DNA of 32,000 bases, from NCBI RefSeq assembly GCF_002945325.1, contig NZ_CP026606.1, positions 870,001-902,000 of the forward strand, read 5' to 3'. The notes beneath the pieces were generated by a model, which ran no database searches, was not told the DNA's origin, and was given only the letters and a program-made list of their open reading frames with translations. Source of the stretch: Methanococcus maripaludis (GTDB lineage Archaea; AGJL01; Methanococci; Methanococcales; Methanococcaceae). Below, in pieces: positions 1 through 8,541 of this stretch; position 1 is the first letter of the stretch, and the number at the start of each line of letters is the position of its first letter. The translations under genes were made by a program, and so were the position numbers.

Positions 1-1
1 A

Positions 2-199
2 GAAACGGTTCCAGAACAAGCTTCTTGTTCCATTGGACAGTTTTTCGTTTATCCGAAAATTGATGATACATTCTTTGTTGTTGGAACTGATTCTGATCCC
101 AGAAGTATGGGTATAACAAGAGCCGCATATTCTGTTGAAGTCATGTTATCGGAATTTAAAAATATTTATGATACACAAAAAGAAACTGCTAAAAAATAA
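2..199 (+). CDS. 3' end of a gene truncated by the window edge; product not recognised (conserved hypothetical)
   Basis: Frame 2 is open from the window edge to TAA at 197-199. It translates to ETVPEQASCSIGQFFVYPKIDDTFFVVGTDSDPRSMGITRAAYSVEVMLSEFKNIYDTQKETAKK. It is co-directional with hpt downstream. I recognise no family motif. Confidence 0.45.
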   Translation, partial: ETVPEQASCSIGQFFVYPKIDDTFFVVGTDSDPRSMGITRAAYSVEVMLSEFKNIYDTQKETAKK

Positions 200-230
200 A
201 TTATAAATTAAATTTAAATTGGTGAATTAT

Positions 231-788
231 ATGAGCAAATTATTAGAAGAATCGTTGAAAACATGCCCTATTGTAAAAAGAGGAGAATACCACTATTTTA
301 TACACCCCATATCTGATGGAGTTCCTCTTGTTGAACCAGAATTATTGAGAGATGTTTCTACGAGAGTTATTAAGATGATAGATACTGATGTTGATAAAAT
401 AGTAACTGCGGAAGCCATGGGAATCCCAATTGTAACTGCCGTATCCATTGCAACAGATATTCCATATGTTATAATGAGAAAAAGAGAGTACTTGCTTGAA
501 GGAGAAATTCCAGTTCACCAAGAAACTGGATACAGTAAAGGAGAACTCTACTTAAACGGTATAAATAAAGGGGATAAAGTTGTAATCCTTGATGACGTTA
601 TATCAACAGGCGGAACCCTTGTTGCAATCATAAACGCTTTGAAAAGAGCTGGCGCAGATATCAAAGATGTTTTGTGTATAATCGATAGAGGAAACGGGCA
701 AAACATCGTTGAAGAAAAAACCGGATACAAAGTAAAAACTATTGTAAAGATTGAAGTTGTTGACGGAAAAGTAAACATTTTAGAATAA
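231..788 (+). CDS. hpt: Hypoxanthine/guanine phosphoribosyltransferase (archaeal Hpt, type I PRTase)
   Basis: PRPP-binding motif [13 protein letters not shown]. The N-terminus ([27 protein letters not shown]) is typical of archaeal Hpt. The ATG at 231 sits 5 nt after GGTGA (221-225). The track ORF start at 219 is a TTG inside the RBS. Confidence 0.85.
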   Translation: MSKLLEESLKTCPIVKRGEYHYFIHPISDGVPLVEPELLRDVSTRVIKMIDTDVDKIVTAEAMGIPIVTAVSIATDIPYVIMRKREYLLEGEIPVHQETGYSKGELYLNGINKGDKVVILDDVISTGGTLVAIINALKRAGADIKDVLCIIDRGNGQNIVEEKTGYKVKTIVKIEVVDGKVNILE

Positions 789-803
789 TTTTCGGGTGAA
801 ATT

Positions 804-1412
804 TTGGAAATAAACCCTTCAAAAATAGTATGTGCAGGATTAAATTACAAGAATCATGCAGAAGAACTTAAAATGAAGTTGCCAAAAGAGCCAGTTATAT
901 TTTTAAAGCCTACTTCTTCAATAATTTATAACGAAGAAGCCGTCAAAATACCAAAAGCATCTGAAAGAGTAGATTACGAAGCTGAACTTGCAATTGTAAT
1001 TGGAAAAACGTGTAAATCTGTAAAAAAAGAAGATGCTAAAAATTACATAAAAGGATTTACAATATTAAACGATGTTACTGCACGAGACCTTCAGGAAAAA
1101 GACGGGCAGTGGACAAGAGCTAAATCTTTTGATACTTTTTGCCCAGTGGGTCCAAAAATAGTGTCTGGAATCGATGCAAATAACTTAAAAATACAGTTGA
1201 GAGTTAATGGAAAAATAAAACAGGATTCAAACACCAATAACATGATATTTAGTGTCGAAGAACTTGTTGAATTTGTTTCTTCGATAATGACACTTTACCC
1301 TGATGACATTATTTCAACAGGAACTCCTCCGGGGGTTGGAAAACTTGAAAAAGGAGATATTGTCGAAATTGAAATTGAAAACATTGGAATTTTGAAAAAT
1401 TTCGTTGAATAA
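804..1412 (+). CDS. Fumarylacetoacetate hydrolase (FAH) family protein (2-keto-4-pentenoate hydratase / oxaloacetate decarboxylase-like)
   Basis: FAH-fold signatures are present: KIVCAGLNYKNHAEE, DYEAELAIVIGK, ILNDVTARDLQ, GTPPGVG. The start is TTG at 804, preceded by GGTGA (795-799). Confidence 0.85.
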   Translation: MEINPSKIVCAGLNYKNHAEELKMKLPKEPVIFLKPTSSIIYNEEAVKIPKASERVDYEAELAIVIGKTCKSVKKEDAKNYIKGFTILNDVTARDLQEKDGQWTRAKSFDTFCPVGPKIVSGIDANNLKIQLRVNGKIKQDSNTNNMIFSVEELVEFVSSIMTLYPDDIISTGTPPGVGKLEKGDIVEIEIENIGILKNFVE

Positions 1413-1439
1413 ATTAATATTTTTTATTTTTGTGATAAT

Positions 1440-2555
1440 TTGAAAATCGGAATTGTTGTACACGGGCCTGAAATCATTGATTCAGGATTTGCAGAAAAAA
1501 TCTTTGCTATTTTAAAAAATTTAGATGAAAATATCAATTTACAGATAAAATTAGGGGGAACTATCGGGAGAGTTGCAGTAATTGACAGTTCTCTTGAAGA
1601 TATCATTGACATTTCTGAAAAGTTAGTTCCATCAAAATCGCTTAAAAAACTTGAAAATAATGATATATTAATTCTTTTAAACTACGGAAAATCAAAAATT
1701 ACTGGCCACACCTTCGGAAAAATTGTTGTTGAAAGATCAGGTGTTGAAAAACCAGTAATTCAGATTGAAAGGCCCGGAGAAACTGACGGAACGATAATTT
1801 TGTGGAATACTACAAAAGATAATGAAATTTTAGGAAAAATAGTAACTGAAATCTCAGATAAACTCGATTTGAACGTTGAAGAGTGTATCAGTAAGGGATT
1901 AAATTTCTGGGTTGAAGGAACTAAATCATTTAGAAAAATAAATGGGGTGGATATTAACGAGTCCATCATGTTAAACGGTATTATAATTGGACGAAGTAAC
2001 CAAAACGACGTTACAATAGTTTCTGAAAATGGAAATATTGTTGATATCATTGGCGGAACTGTCAAGTGGCATGGTGTTGAAAAGTTAGGAAATATCGACC
2101 TTGAAAAAGTTGTTGTGAAAACTGGACTTTTGAGGCGCCACCCTTCAAAAAACCAAAAAATTGCCAAATATAACTTAAATTCAGATTTAGGAGAAGTTTT
2201 ATTTGTAAACCATGCTGGAGAAGACGTTTTAGAAACGGTAAGGAACAAAAAAATATGTGCTGTTGTAACGGTTGGTGACGATACAACAACAATCTGCGGA
2301 GATATCCTCTCAAGATTCGGGGTTAAAATAATTGGAATTACTGATGGGGATAGAGACGATATCCTGAAAAATCCAAGTATTTTAAGAGGTTCTGTGGTAT
2401 TCCTGATTAAAAATCAAAAAGATGACGATGTTGGAGAATTACTTGAAAGAGAACTCAGTAATCTGGAAAAATTGGGAAATTTTGAAAAATACGTGGAAAC
2501 TATAAAACAAATAATGAAGAAAGAATATATTGAATTTGAAGAAATAATCCATTGA
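1440..2555 (+). CDS. Conserved archaeal protein of unknown function (two-domain, 371 aa)
   Basis: Long ORF with coding-like composition. TTG start follows GTGAT; stop is TGA at 2553-2555. The N-terminal half (MKIGIVVHGPEIIDSGFAEKI...) and the C-terminal half (VTVGDDTTTICGDILSRFGVKIIGITDGDRDDIL, an acidic Toprim-like patch) match no enzyme family I can name with confidence. Confidence 0.65.
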   Translation: MKIGIVVHGPEIIDSGFAEKIFAILKNLDENINLQIKLGGTIGRVAVIDSSLEDIIDISEKLVPSKSLKKLENNDILILLNYGKSKITGHTFGKIVVERSGVEKPVIQIERPGETDGTIILWNTTKDNEILGKIVTEISDKLDLNVEECISKGLNFWVEGTKSFRKINGVDINESIMLNGIIIGRSNQNDVTIVSENGNIVDIIGGTVKWHGVEKLGNIDLEKVVVKTGLLRRHPSKNQKIAKYNLNSDLGEVLFVNHAGEDVLETVRNKKICAVVTVGDDTTTICGDILSRFGVKIIGITDGDRDDILKNPSILRGSVVFLIKNQKDDDVGELLERELSNLEKLGNFEKYVETIKQIMKKEYIEFEEIIH

Positions 2556-2573
2556 GTTTAAAATGGGGATTTT

Positions 2574-4079
2574 ATGAAATATTTGGATTTTATGATAGAT
2601 TTTTTTGAAAATAAAGGTGTTAAATCTGTTTTCGCATATCCTGGAGAGCAGATTCTTCCAATTTATAGGGCACTTCATGAAAATTCGAAAATAAACTGTA
2701 TCGATGTAAAGCACGAACAGGCTTCAGCCCATGCAGCTGATGGATACTTTAGAATTACAAATGAAGTTGGGATCTGCCTTGCAACTGCGGGACCCGGTGC
2801 TACAAATTTAACTACAGGAATTGCAACTGCTTTTAAAGATTCTTCTTCAATTCTCGCACTTACGGGCAGGTGTTCTACAAATTATATTGAAAAGAATTAT
2901 TTTCAAGAAATTCCGATGGATTTTTTAAATTTTGAAAAAGGATATTTTGTTGAAAATGCTGAGTCCAAATATTTAATAAATTCATATAATGATTCTTATG
3001 AAATTAAAAAGCCAATTTCATTAAATATTCCTGCAGATATCTACAATAAAGAAGTTATTGATTCAAAACTGGATTTAGCAAACAAAAATAATGGATCTGT
3101 TGAAACTGCAATTTCAACGATAAAAAAACATAAAAACGCTAAAAATCCAGTTTTACTTATCGGTCAGGGAATATACGGCAATTTAAAGTATTCTGAAATG
3201 ATTGAAATTGGTGAAATTTTAAAAAAGCTTCAAATTCCAATAATAACTACATATCCTACAAGAGGAGTTATTGATGAGAATTTTGAAAATGCATACGGCA
3301 TGGTTGGAAGAAGGGGAAGTTTAAAATCGAATGAACTCATTTTAAAAAGCGATGCGGTATTTTCAATAGGTGCGAGTCTTTCGTACAATACACTTCCAGA
3401 AAGCATAAGGGATAAAATTTTATATAATGTAATTCCCCTTAATTTAGGTATCAATAGTACCAACGACATTAAGACTATTGTAAATACATTTAATGAAAAC
3501 GTTTCTTCCGGCCACGTTAAGCCGTCCGGACAAAATTTAAGCCGAAACGAATTTAAATTCGGCGACTATTCTACTAAAATCCATGAAATATTGGAAAACT
3601 TACCTAAAGATACAATAATAACTACGGATGCTGGAAATCACACTGTTTTCGTTTCTTTATTAAAAAAATGTGTGGCTCCGCGAAATATCATTTCTTCTCA
3701 TTCAATGGGCACCATGGGCTTTGGACTTCCCGCTTCAATTGGTGTTAAATTTGGATGCAATGATTACAATATAAACCGAGAAGTCGTTTCCATCAGCGGA
3801 GACGGCGGTTTTCAGATGAATATCCAAGAACTTGGGACTGTCGCTGAAAACAACTTAAAAATACTTATTGTAGTGATGAAAAACAATCATTTAAACATGT
3901 TTGGCAAAATCAATACGCCCGATTTCAATAAAATTGCGGATGCATACGGAATTGAAAATGTTTACATTCAAAATAGCGATGAAATCGGTGAAAATGTATC
4001 TTACTTCTTAAAAAAGAGCATTCCATACGTTATGGTCGTAGAATGCGAAAATGAAATACTTCCAAAACCGTTTATTTAA
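2574..4079 (+). CDS. Thiamine-pyrophosphate-dependent enzyme, acetolactate synthase large-subunit paralog (501 aa, shorter than IlvB)
   Basis: N-terminal Pyr domain (VFAYPGEQILPIY, HEQASAHAADGY, GPGATNLTTGIATA). C-terminal TPP motif GDGGFQMNIQELGT...NN. No adjacent small regulatory subunit. Confidence 0.85.
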   Translation: MKYLDFMIDFFENKGVKSVFAYPGEQILPIYRALHENSKINCIDVKHEQASAHAADGYFRITNEVGICLATAGPGATNLTTGIATAFKDSSSILALTGRCSTNYIEKNYFQEIPMDFLNFEKGYFVENAESKYLINSYNDSYEIKKPISLNIPADIYNKEVIDSKLDLANKNNGSVETAISTIKKHKNAKNPVLLIGQGIYGNLKYSEMIEIGEILKKLQIPIITTYPTRGVIDENFENAYGMVGRRGSLKSNELILKSDAVFSIGASLSYNTLPESIRDKILYNVIPLNLGINSTNDIKTIVNTFNENVSSGHVKPSGQNLSRNEFKFGDYSTKIHEILENLPKDTIITTDAGNHTVFVSLLKKCVAPRNIISSHSMGTMGFGLPASIGVKFGCNDYNINREVVSISGDGGFQMNIQELGTVAENNLKILIVVMKNNHLNMFGKINTPDFNKIADAYGIENVYIQNSDEIGENVSYFLKKSIPYVMVVECENEILPKPFI

Positions 4080-4108
4080 AATTAACACATAACTTATTCG
4101 GTGAAAAT

Positions 4109-4981
4109 ATGTCAAACGAATTATTTGAGACCCTTACAAGTAACATTCACTTTAATGTGACAGAAATGGGTAGAAAAACGTGGAATCAGAACTGGATGGT
4201 TCCTGAAAATCTTATTACAATTGTAGGACTTAAGAATGGTAAAAAACCTGTATTTTACTACGGGCTTACTGAAAATTACAGAACAAACTTCGTTTTAAAA
4301 AAAGGAACTTCAGAAAATGGCAACAAATACATAAATGCCAGAGTTTACTTCAGATTCTGTAAAGATACAATTGTTGAAAAAGAAAAATACGTTGTTGCAA
4401 ATGGATTTAACGGCCTATTACTTGGAATAAAAATAGGAAAAACTGAATTTATAAACACTTTCAAAAGTATGCTCCTTGAAGAGTACAGAAGAGGAGATAC
4501 ACATACTATCGAAGTTTTAGAAAGAATGAAAGATAGAAATGTCTTTGAATCCGTTGAAGAAAGTGCACAGTACATTGCTGATAGAGATTACAACTGGTTA
4601 ATCGGCAGATTAAAATACAAAGGTAAATTATTCAATTATTCAGGCCAAGGCTACTGGTTACTTCCTTTGAAAACCCAGATGGAATTAACTAAAGGGTTCA
4701 TTGAAGAGGAATGTGATTTAACAATTGATCTTGAAAATACGGAAGTTTTCGAAAACTACCTTATCTACGTTGACACAGTAAACAGTGTTGTTAGATACAA
4801 TGGTGAGAGACTCTGTACTTCAGGATATTCACTTGCTGAAGAGTTAAAAAAACATAGTGATGAGAATACCTGTCCTTGGTGTGGAGAAAAGTTAAGACTT
4901 ATCAAAACTAAAAAAGGAGAATTTTTAGGATGCTCTTCATACCCTAAATGTCTTTACAGACGATTCTTAAATAAAAAATAA
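4109..4981 (+). CDS. Uncharacterised protein with C-terminal topoisomerase-type C4 zinc finger
   Basis: The C-terminus CPWCGEKLRLIKTKKGEFLGCSSYPKC matches the zf-C4 topoisomerase DNA-binding finger. The 250-aa N-terminal region matches nothing I recognise. ATG follows GGTGA. Confidence 0.75.
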   Translation: MSNELFETLTSNIHFNVTEMGRKTWNQNWMVPENLITIVGLKNGKKPVFYYGLTENYRTNFVLKKGTSENGNKYINARVYFRFCKDTIVEKEKYVVANGFNGLLLGIKIGKTEFINTFKSMLLEEYRRGDTHTIEVLERMKDRNVFESVEESAQYIADRDYNWLIGRLKYKGKLFNYSGQGYWLLPLKTQMELTKGFIEEECDLTIDLENTEVFENYLIYVDTVNSVVRYNGERLCTSGYSLAEELKKHSDENTCPWCGEKLRLIKTKKGEFLGCSSYPKCLYRRFLNKK

Positions 4982-5025
4982 AATATTTCTTTTTTTTAAT
5001 TATCAATTTTTTTGGTGAAGTTTCA

Positions 5026-7341
5026 ATGACTGCAAAACGAATAGATGTCAAAGGCATCGTTCAGGGCGTTGGTTTTAGACCATTTGTATACCGAATTGCT
5101 AAAAAAAATGACCTGAACGGCTACGTCAAAAATATGGGAAATTACGTTGAAATAGTTGTTTCTGGGAAATTAAATAATATTGACGCTTTTTTATCAGATT
5201 TGAAACTCGAAAAACCGCCACTATCAAAAATCGATAACATTTCAATTGAAGATATAGATGAAAATGAAAATTTAAACGAAATTTACAACGATTTTACAAT
5301 AAAATTAAGTGATACTTCCGAAATCGAGGAAGAAGGAACGATTCCTCCAGATATATCGATATGTGATGAATGTTTAAAAGAAATAATGGATAAAAAGGAC
5401 AGACGATCAAATTACGCATTCACTGCATGTACAAACTGCGGCCCAAGGTTTACGGTCATTGAAAAATTGCCGTATGATAGAGAAAACACGTCGATGAATG
5501 ATTTTCCATTGTGCAAAAGCTGTATTGAAGAATATAAAAATCCAGAAGATAGAAGATTCCACGCTCAAGCTACCTGCTGTGATATTTGCGGTCCTGAACT
5601 TTTTATAACTGACACTTCTGGAAAAATAATAAGTAATGACATATGCGATGCAGTTAAATTCCTTGAAAATGGAAAAATTCTAGCAATTAAAGGAATTGGT
5701 GGAACTCACCTTGTTTGTTCAATTAATTCTGATAAATCAGTTTTAGAACTTCGAAAAAGACTTAATAGGCCAACTCAAGCTTTTGCAGTTATGAGTCGGG
5801 AGGAATATCTTGATTTATTTTCAAAAATCGATAAAAACGAATTAAATACAATTAAATCTGCAAAAAAACCAATTGTTGCCTTGAAAAAAAATGAATCTTA
5901 TGAAAAATATTTTTCAAAACACGTTTCAAACCTGAACACGATTGGAGTAATGCTTCCTTATTCGGGCCTACACTACCTTCTTTTTGAAAATACTGATCAA
6001 ATTGCATATATAATGACCTCTGCAAACTTGCCTGGGCTTCCAATGTCAATAGACAACGATCAGATTTTGGAAAAATTGGAAAATATTGCAGATTATTTTT
6101 TACTACACAACCGAAAGATTGTAAATAGGTGTGACGACAGCGTTTTAAAAGAAATAAATGGAAAAATGGAACTTTTAAGGCGTTCTAGAGGTTTTGCTCC
6201 AGAACCTGTTGAAGTAAATTATGAAAAAATTAAAAAAAGTTCAAAAAACATTCTTGCACTTGGCCCTGAATTAAACTCTGTTGCGTGTTTAGTTAAAAAT
6301 AACAAGTTTTATTTAACACAATATATTGGAAACACGGGAAAATACGAGACTTTTAATTATTTAAAAGACGCTGTAGAAAATTTGATAAAAATCACCAATA
6401 CAAACAAAATTGATGCAGTAGTTTGTGATTTGCATCCTTCGTTTAATTCAACACTTTTTGCAAATGAACTTGGAGAAAAGTACCAAATTCCTGTAACTCA
6501 GGTGCAACACCATGAAAGCCACTGCTATTCATTGATGGGTGATTCGGATATTTTTGAAAATAACGTCACAATTGCAATCGACGGCCTTGGATACGGAAAT
6601 GACGGAAATATCTGGGGTGGAGAAGTATTTTTATTTAAAAATGGAAAAATTGAAAGAGCCGGACACCTTGAAGAACAAATTCAGCCAGGAGCAGACCTTG
6701 CATCAAAATACCCCTTAAGAATGCTTGCGTCGATACTAAATAAAGCTAATTTAAATGTTTCTGAAATTATTAAGAAATATAATTACTTTTCAGAGAAAGA
6801 ACTGAAATTAATATTGTTCCAGCTTGAAAAAAATATCAATGTTTCAAAAACTACATCAACTGGAAGAGTGTTAGACTCCATTTCTGCACTGGTTTCACTT
6901 TGTTTTGAAAGAACATACGATGGTGAACCATCGATAAGGCTTGAAGCGCTTGCAAATGAATACACTGGAGAAATATCAGAAATTGAAAAATTGGTGGAAG
7001 AGTCCATTAAAATTGAAAATAACATACTAGATACCACTTCATTGGTTGTTAAATCCTTAAAAATGCTAAATAACAATGAAAAAATTGAAAAAATAGCATA
7101 TTTCATCCATGTTGCAATTGCAGACGGGTTATCAAAAATTGCAATTGAAACTGCGAAAAAACAAAGTATTGAATATATCGGAATTACTGGTGGAGTTTCA
7201 TATAACAAAATAATTTCTGAAAGAATCGTTGAAAACATTAAAAAAGAATCTTTAAAACCATTAATTCACGAAAGAATTCCAAATGGGGACGGCGGAATTT
7301 CATTTGGTCAAGCTATTGGCTATCTTTTAAATTCTAATTAA
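5026..7341 (+). CDS. hypF: [NiFe]-hydrogenase maturation carbamoyltransferase HypF
   Basis: Acylphosphatase domain (VKGIVQGVGFRPFVYRIA). Two zinc-finger pairs (CDECLKE...CTNCGPRF, CKSCIEEY...CCDICGPE). YrdC-like and Kae1-like domains follow. 771 aa. Confidence 0.95.
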   Translation: MTAKRIDVKGIVQGVGFRPFVYRIAKKNDLNGYVKNMGNYVEIVVSGKLNNIDAFLSDLKLEKPPLSKIDNISIEDIDENENLNEIYNDFTIKLSDTSEIEEEGTIPPDISICDECLKEIMDKKDRRSNYAFTACTNCGPRFTVIEKLPYDRENTSMNDFPLCKSCIEEYKNPEDRRFHAQATCCDICGPELFITDTSGKIISNDICDAVKFLENGKILAIKGIGGTHLVCSINSDKSVLELRKRLNRPTQAFAVMSREEYLDLFSKIDKNELNTIKSAKKPIVALKKNESYEKYFSKHVSNLNTIGVMLPYSGLHYLLFENTDQIAYIMTSANLPGLPMSIDNDQILEKLENIADYFLLHNRKIVNRCDDSVLKEINGKMELLRRSRGFAPEPVEVNYEKIKKSSKNILALGPELNSVACLVKNNKFYLTQYIGNTGKYETFNYLKDAVENLIKITNTNKIDAVVCDLHPSFNSTLFANELGEKYQIPVTQVQHHESHCYSLMGDSDIFENNVTIAIDGLGYGNDGNIWGGEVFLFKNGKIERAGHLEEQIQPGADLASKYPLRMLASILNKANLNVSEIIKKYNYFSEKELKLILFQLEKNINVSKTTSTGRVLDSISALVSLCFERTYDGEPSIRLEALANEYTGEISEIEKLVEESIKIENNILDTTSLVVKSLKMLNNNEKIEKIAYFIHVAIADGLSKIAIETAKKQSIEYIGITGGVSYNKIISERIVENIKKESLKPLIHERIPNGDGGISFGQAIGYLLNSN

Positions 7342-7349
7342 GTTATTTT

Positions 7350-7367
7350 AAAAAAAGAAAAAAGAAA
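7350..7367 (-). terminator. Oligo-T termination tract for fdhAB (read on - strand: TTTCTTTTTTCTTTTTTT)
   Basis: This is an A-rich run on + and a T-rich run on -, 24-41 nt downstream of the fdhB stop, within the 49-bp convergent spacer with hypF. Archaeal termination at oligo-dT is established. No experimental support here. Confidence 0.45.
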
Positions 7368-7390
7368 TTAGGCATTACCTGTAACTATTA

Positions 7391-8518
7391 TTATTTATAT
7401 AAAAACGGCATACTGTCGTCAATTCCTGGCACAAATCCAGTAGTTTCCCTGATTTTCAGTTGCGCTCTGTGATATATTTTTGCTAGTGGAATTTCTACAG
7501 GACATACGTCTTCGCACTGTCCACAGTTTATACAGCTGAAACTCATGTGTGAAAGCCTGATTCCCTGGAACATTATTGGATCAGGAGGTATTGTTCCTTT
7601 ATCAAGATAGTCTTCACCTAAAGCACATTCTTTACAGAAACATATTGGACATACATCCCTACAACCGTAGCATTTTATGCATCTGCTCCAGTATTCATCC
7701 CATTTTTCAGGTGAAGGATATTTTTCGTCCAATTGTTCTTTTTGGAATTTTTTACCGAGATTAATCATTGATTTCTCGATTTTTCCCCTGATTTCAAGCG
7801 CTTTTTCAGAAGGTGCTTTAACATTTATGTAGCCTTCTTTTTGTGCGTTTTTAAGTAATTCTTCTCCTTTTTCGGAACCAACTTCTACAAAAGTCCATCC
7901 TTTTTCAGTACCCCAATTTCCGCAGGCAAGATCTGAATTTCTTGGAACTTTTAATTCGCATCTTTGACAGTTTGTTCTTCTTCCGTATCCTTCTTCTTCG
8001 AGTTCATCGATTTTGACGGATTTTTCACTTCCATCTTTTAATTCAATTATGAATTTTCCTTTATCGATTTCTTCTTTGATTACATCTTCTGGATCTACAT
8101 CGTAAAAGAGTTCAATCATCTTTTTTGCTGTTTGTGGGGGAACTGTTCCACCACAATTCAATCCAATTGTATATAATTTATCTTTATCAATTTGATGTCT
8201 TTTTTCAAGCTCTACTATCGCCATTGCATCACATGGCTTTACAGATACTGCAAGATTCATGTCTTTCAAGTGCTTGCTTATCATGTTTCCAAACATTGTT
8301 GGAGCGCAGTGAAGTGAACCGCAAGTTTCTACCAGTTCTTTTGAGTCGTTAACCAAATAAGGAAGTCCGTCATAAACGTCTTCTCCTTTTTTAAGTGCTA
8401 AAACTCCATCAACCAGTTTTTTATCAAGAAGGTACTTGAAAAATGCAGTAACTGCCCCACCACATTCCGCATGCTTTAAAATATCTTCGTCCGTTGACTG
8501 AACTAAATAATAGCTCAT
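7391..8518 (-). CDS. fdhB: F420-dependent formate dehydrogenase beta subunit
   Basis: FrhB/FdhB-type F420-binding N-terminal domain. Two ferredoxin-type clusters ([27 protein letters not shown]). It lies 23 nt downstream of fdhA with its own GGTGAT RBS. Confidence 0.9.
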   Translation of the reverse strand: MSYYLVQSTDEDILKHAECGGAVTAFFKYLLDKKLVDGVLALKKGEDVYDGLPYLVNDSKELVETCGSLHCAPTMFGNMISKHLKDMNLAVSVKPCDAMAIVELEKRHQIDKDKLYTIGLNCGGTVPPQTAKKMIELFYDVDPEDVIKEEIDKGKFIIELKDGSEKSVKIDELEEEGYGRRTNCQRCELKVPRNSDLACGNWGTEKGWTFVEVGSEKGEELLKNAQKEGYINVKAPSEKALEIRGKIEKSMINLGKKFQKEQLDEKYPSPEKWDEYWSRCIKCYGCRDVCPICFCKECALGEDYLDKGTIPPDPIMFQGIRLSHMSFSCINCGQCEDVCPVEIPLAKIYHRAQLKIRETTGFVPGIDDSMPFLYK

Positions 8519-8541
8519 TTAAATCACCTCAAAAATAATTA

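Noticed and set aside
7275-7303. An inverted repeat CCAAATG-N15-CATTTGG inside the hypF 3' end, considered as a possible 3' UTR SECIS for the convergent fdhAB transcript.
   Set aside because: It lies within the conserved hypF coding sequence (PNGDGGISFGQ). It has no inner GC helix or GAA/A bulge, and a 7-bp repeat is within chance expectation.
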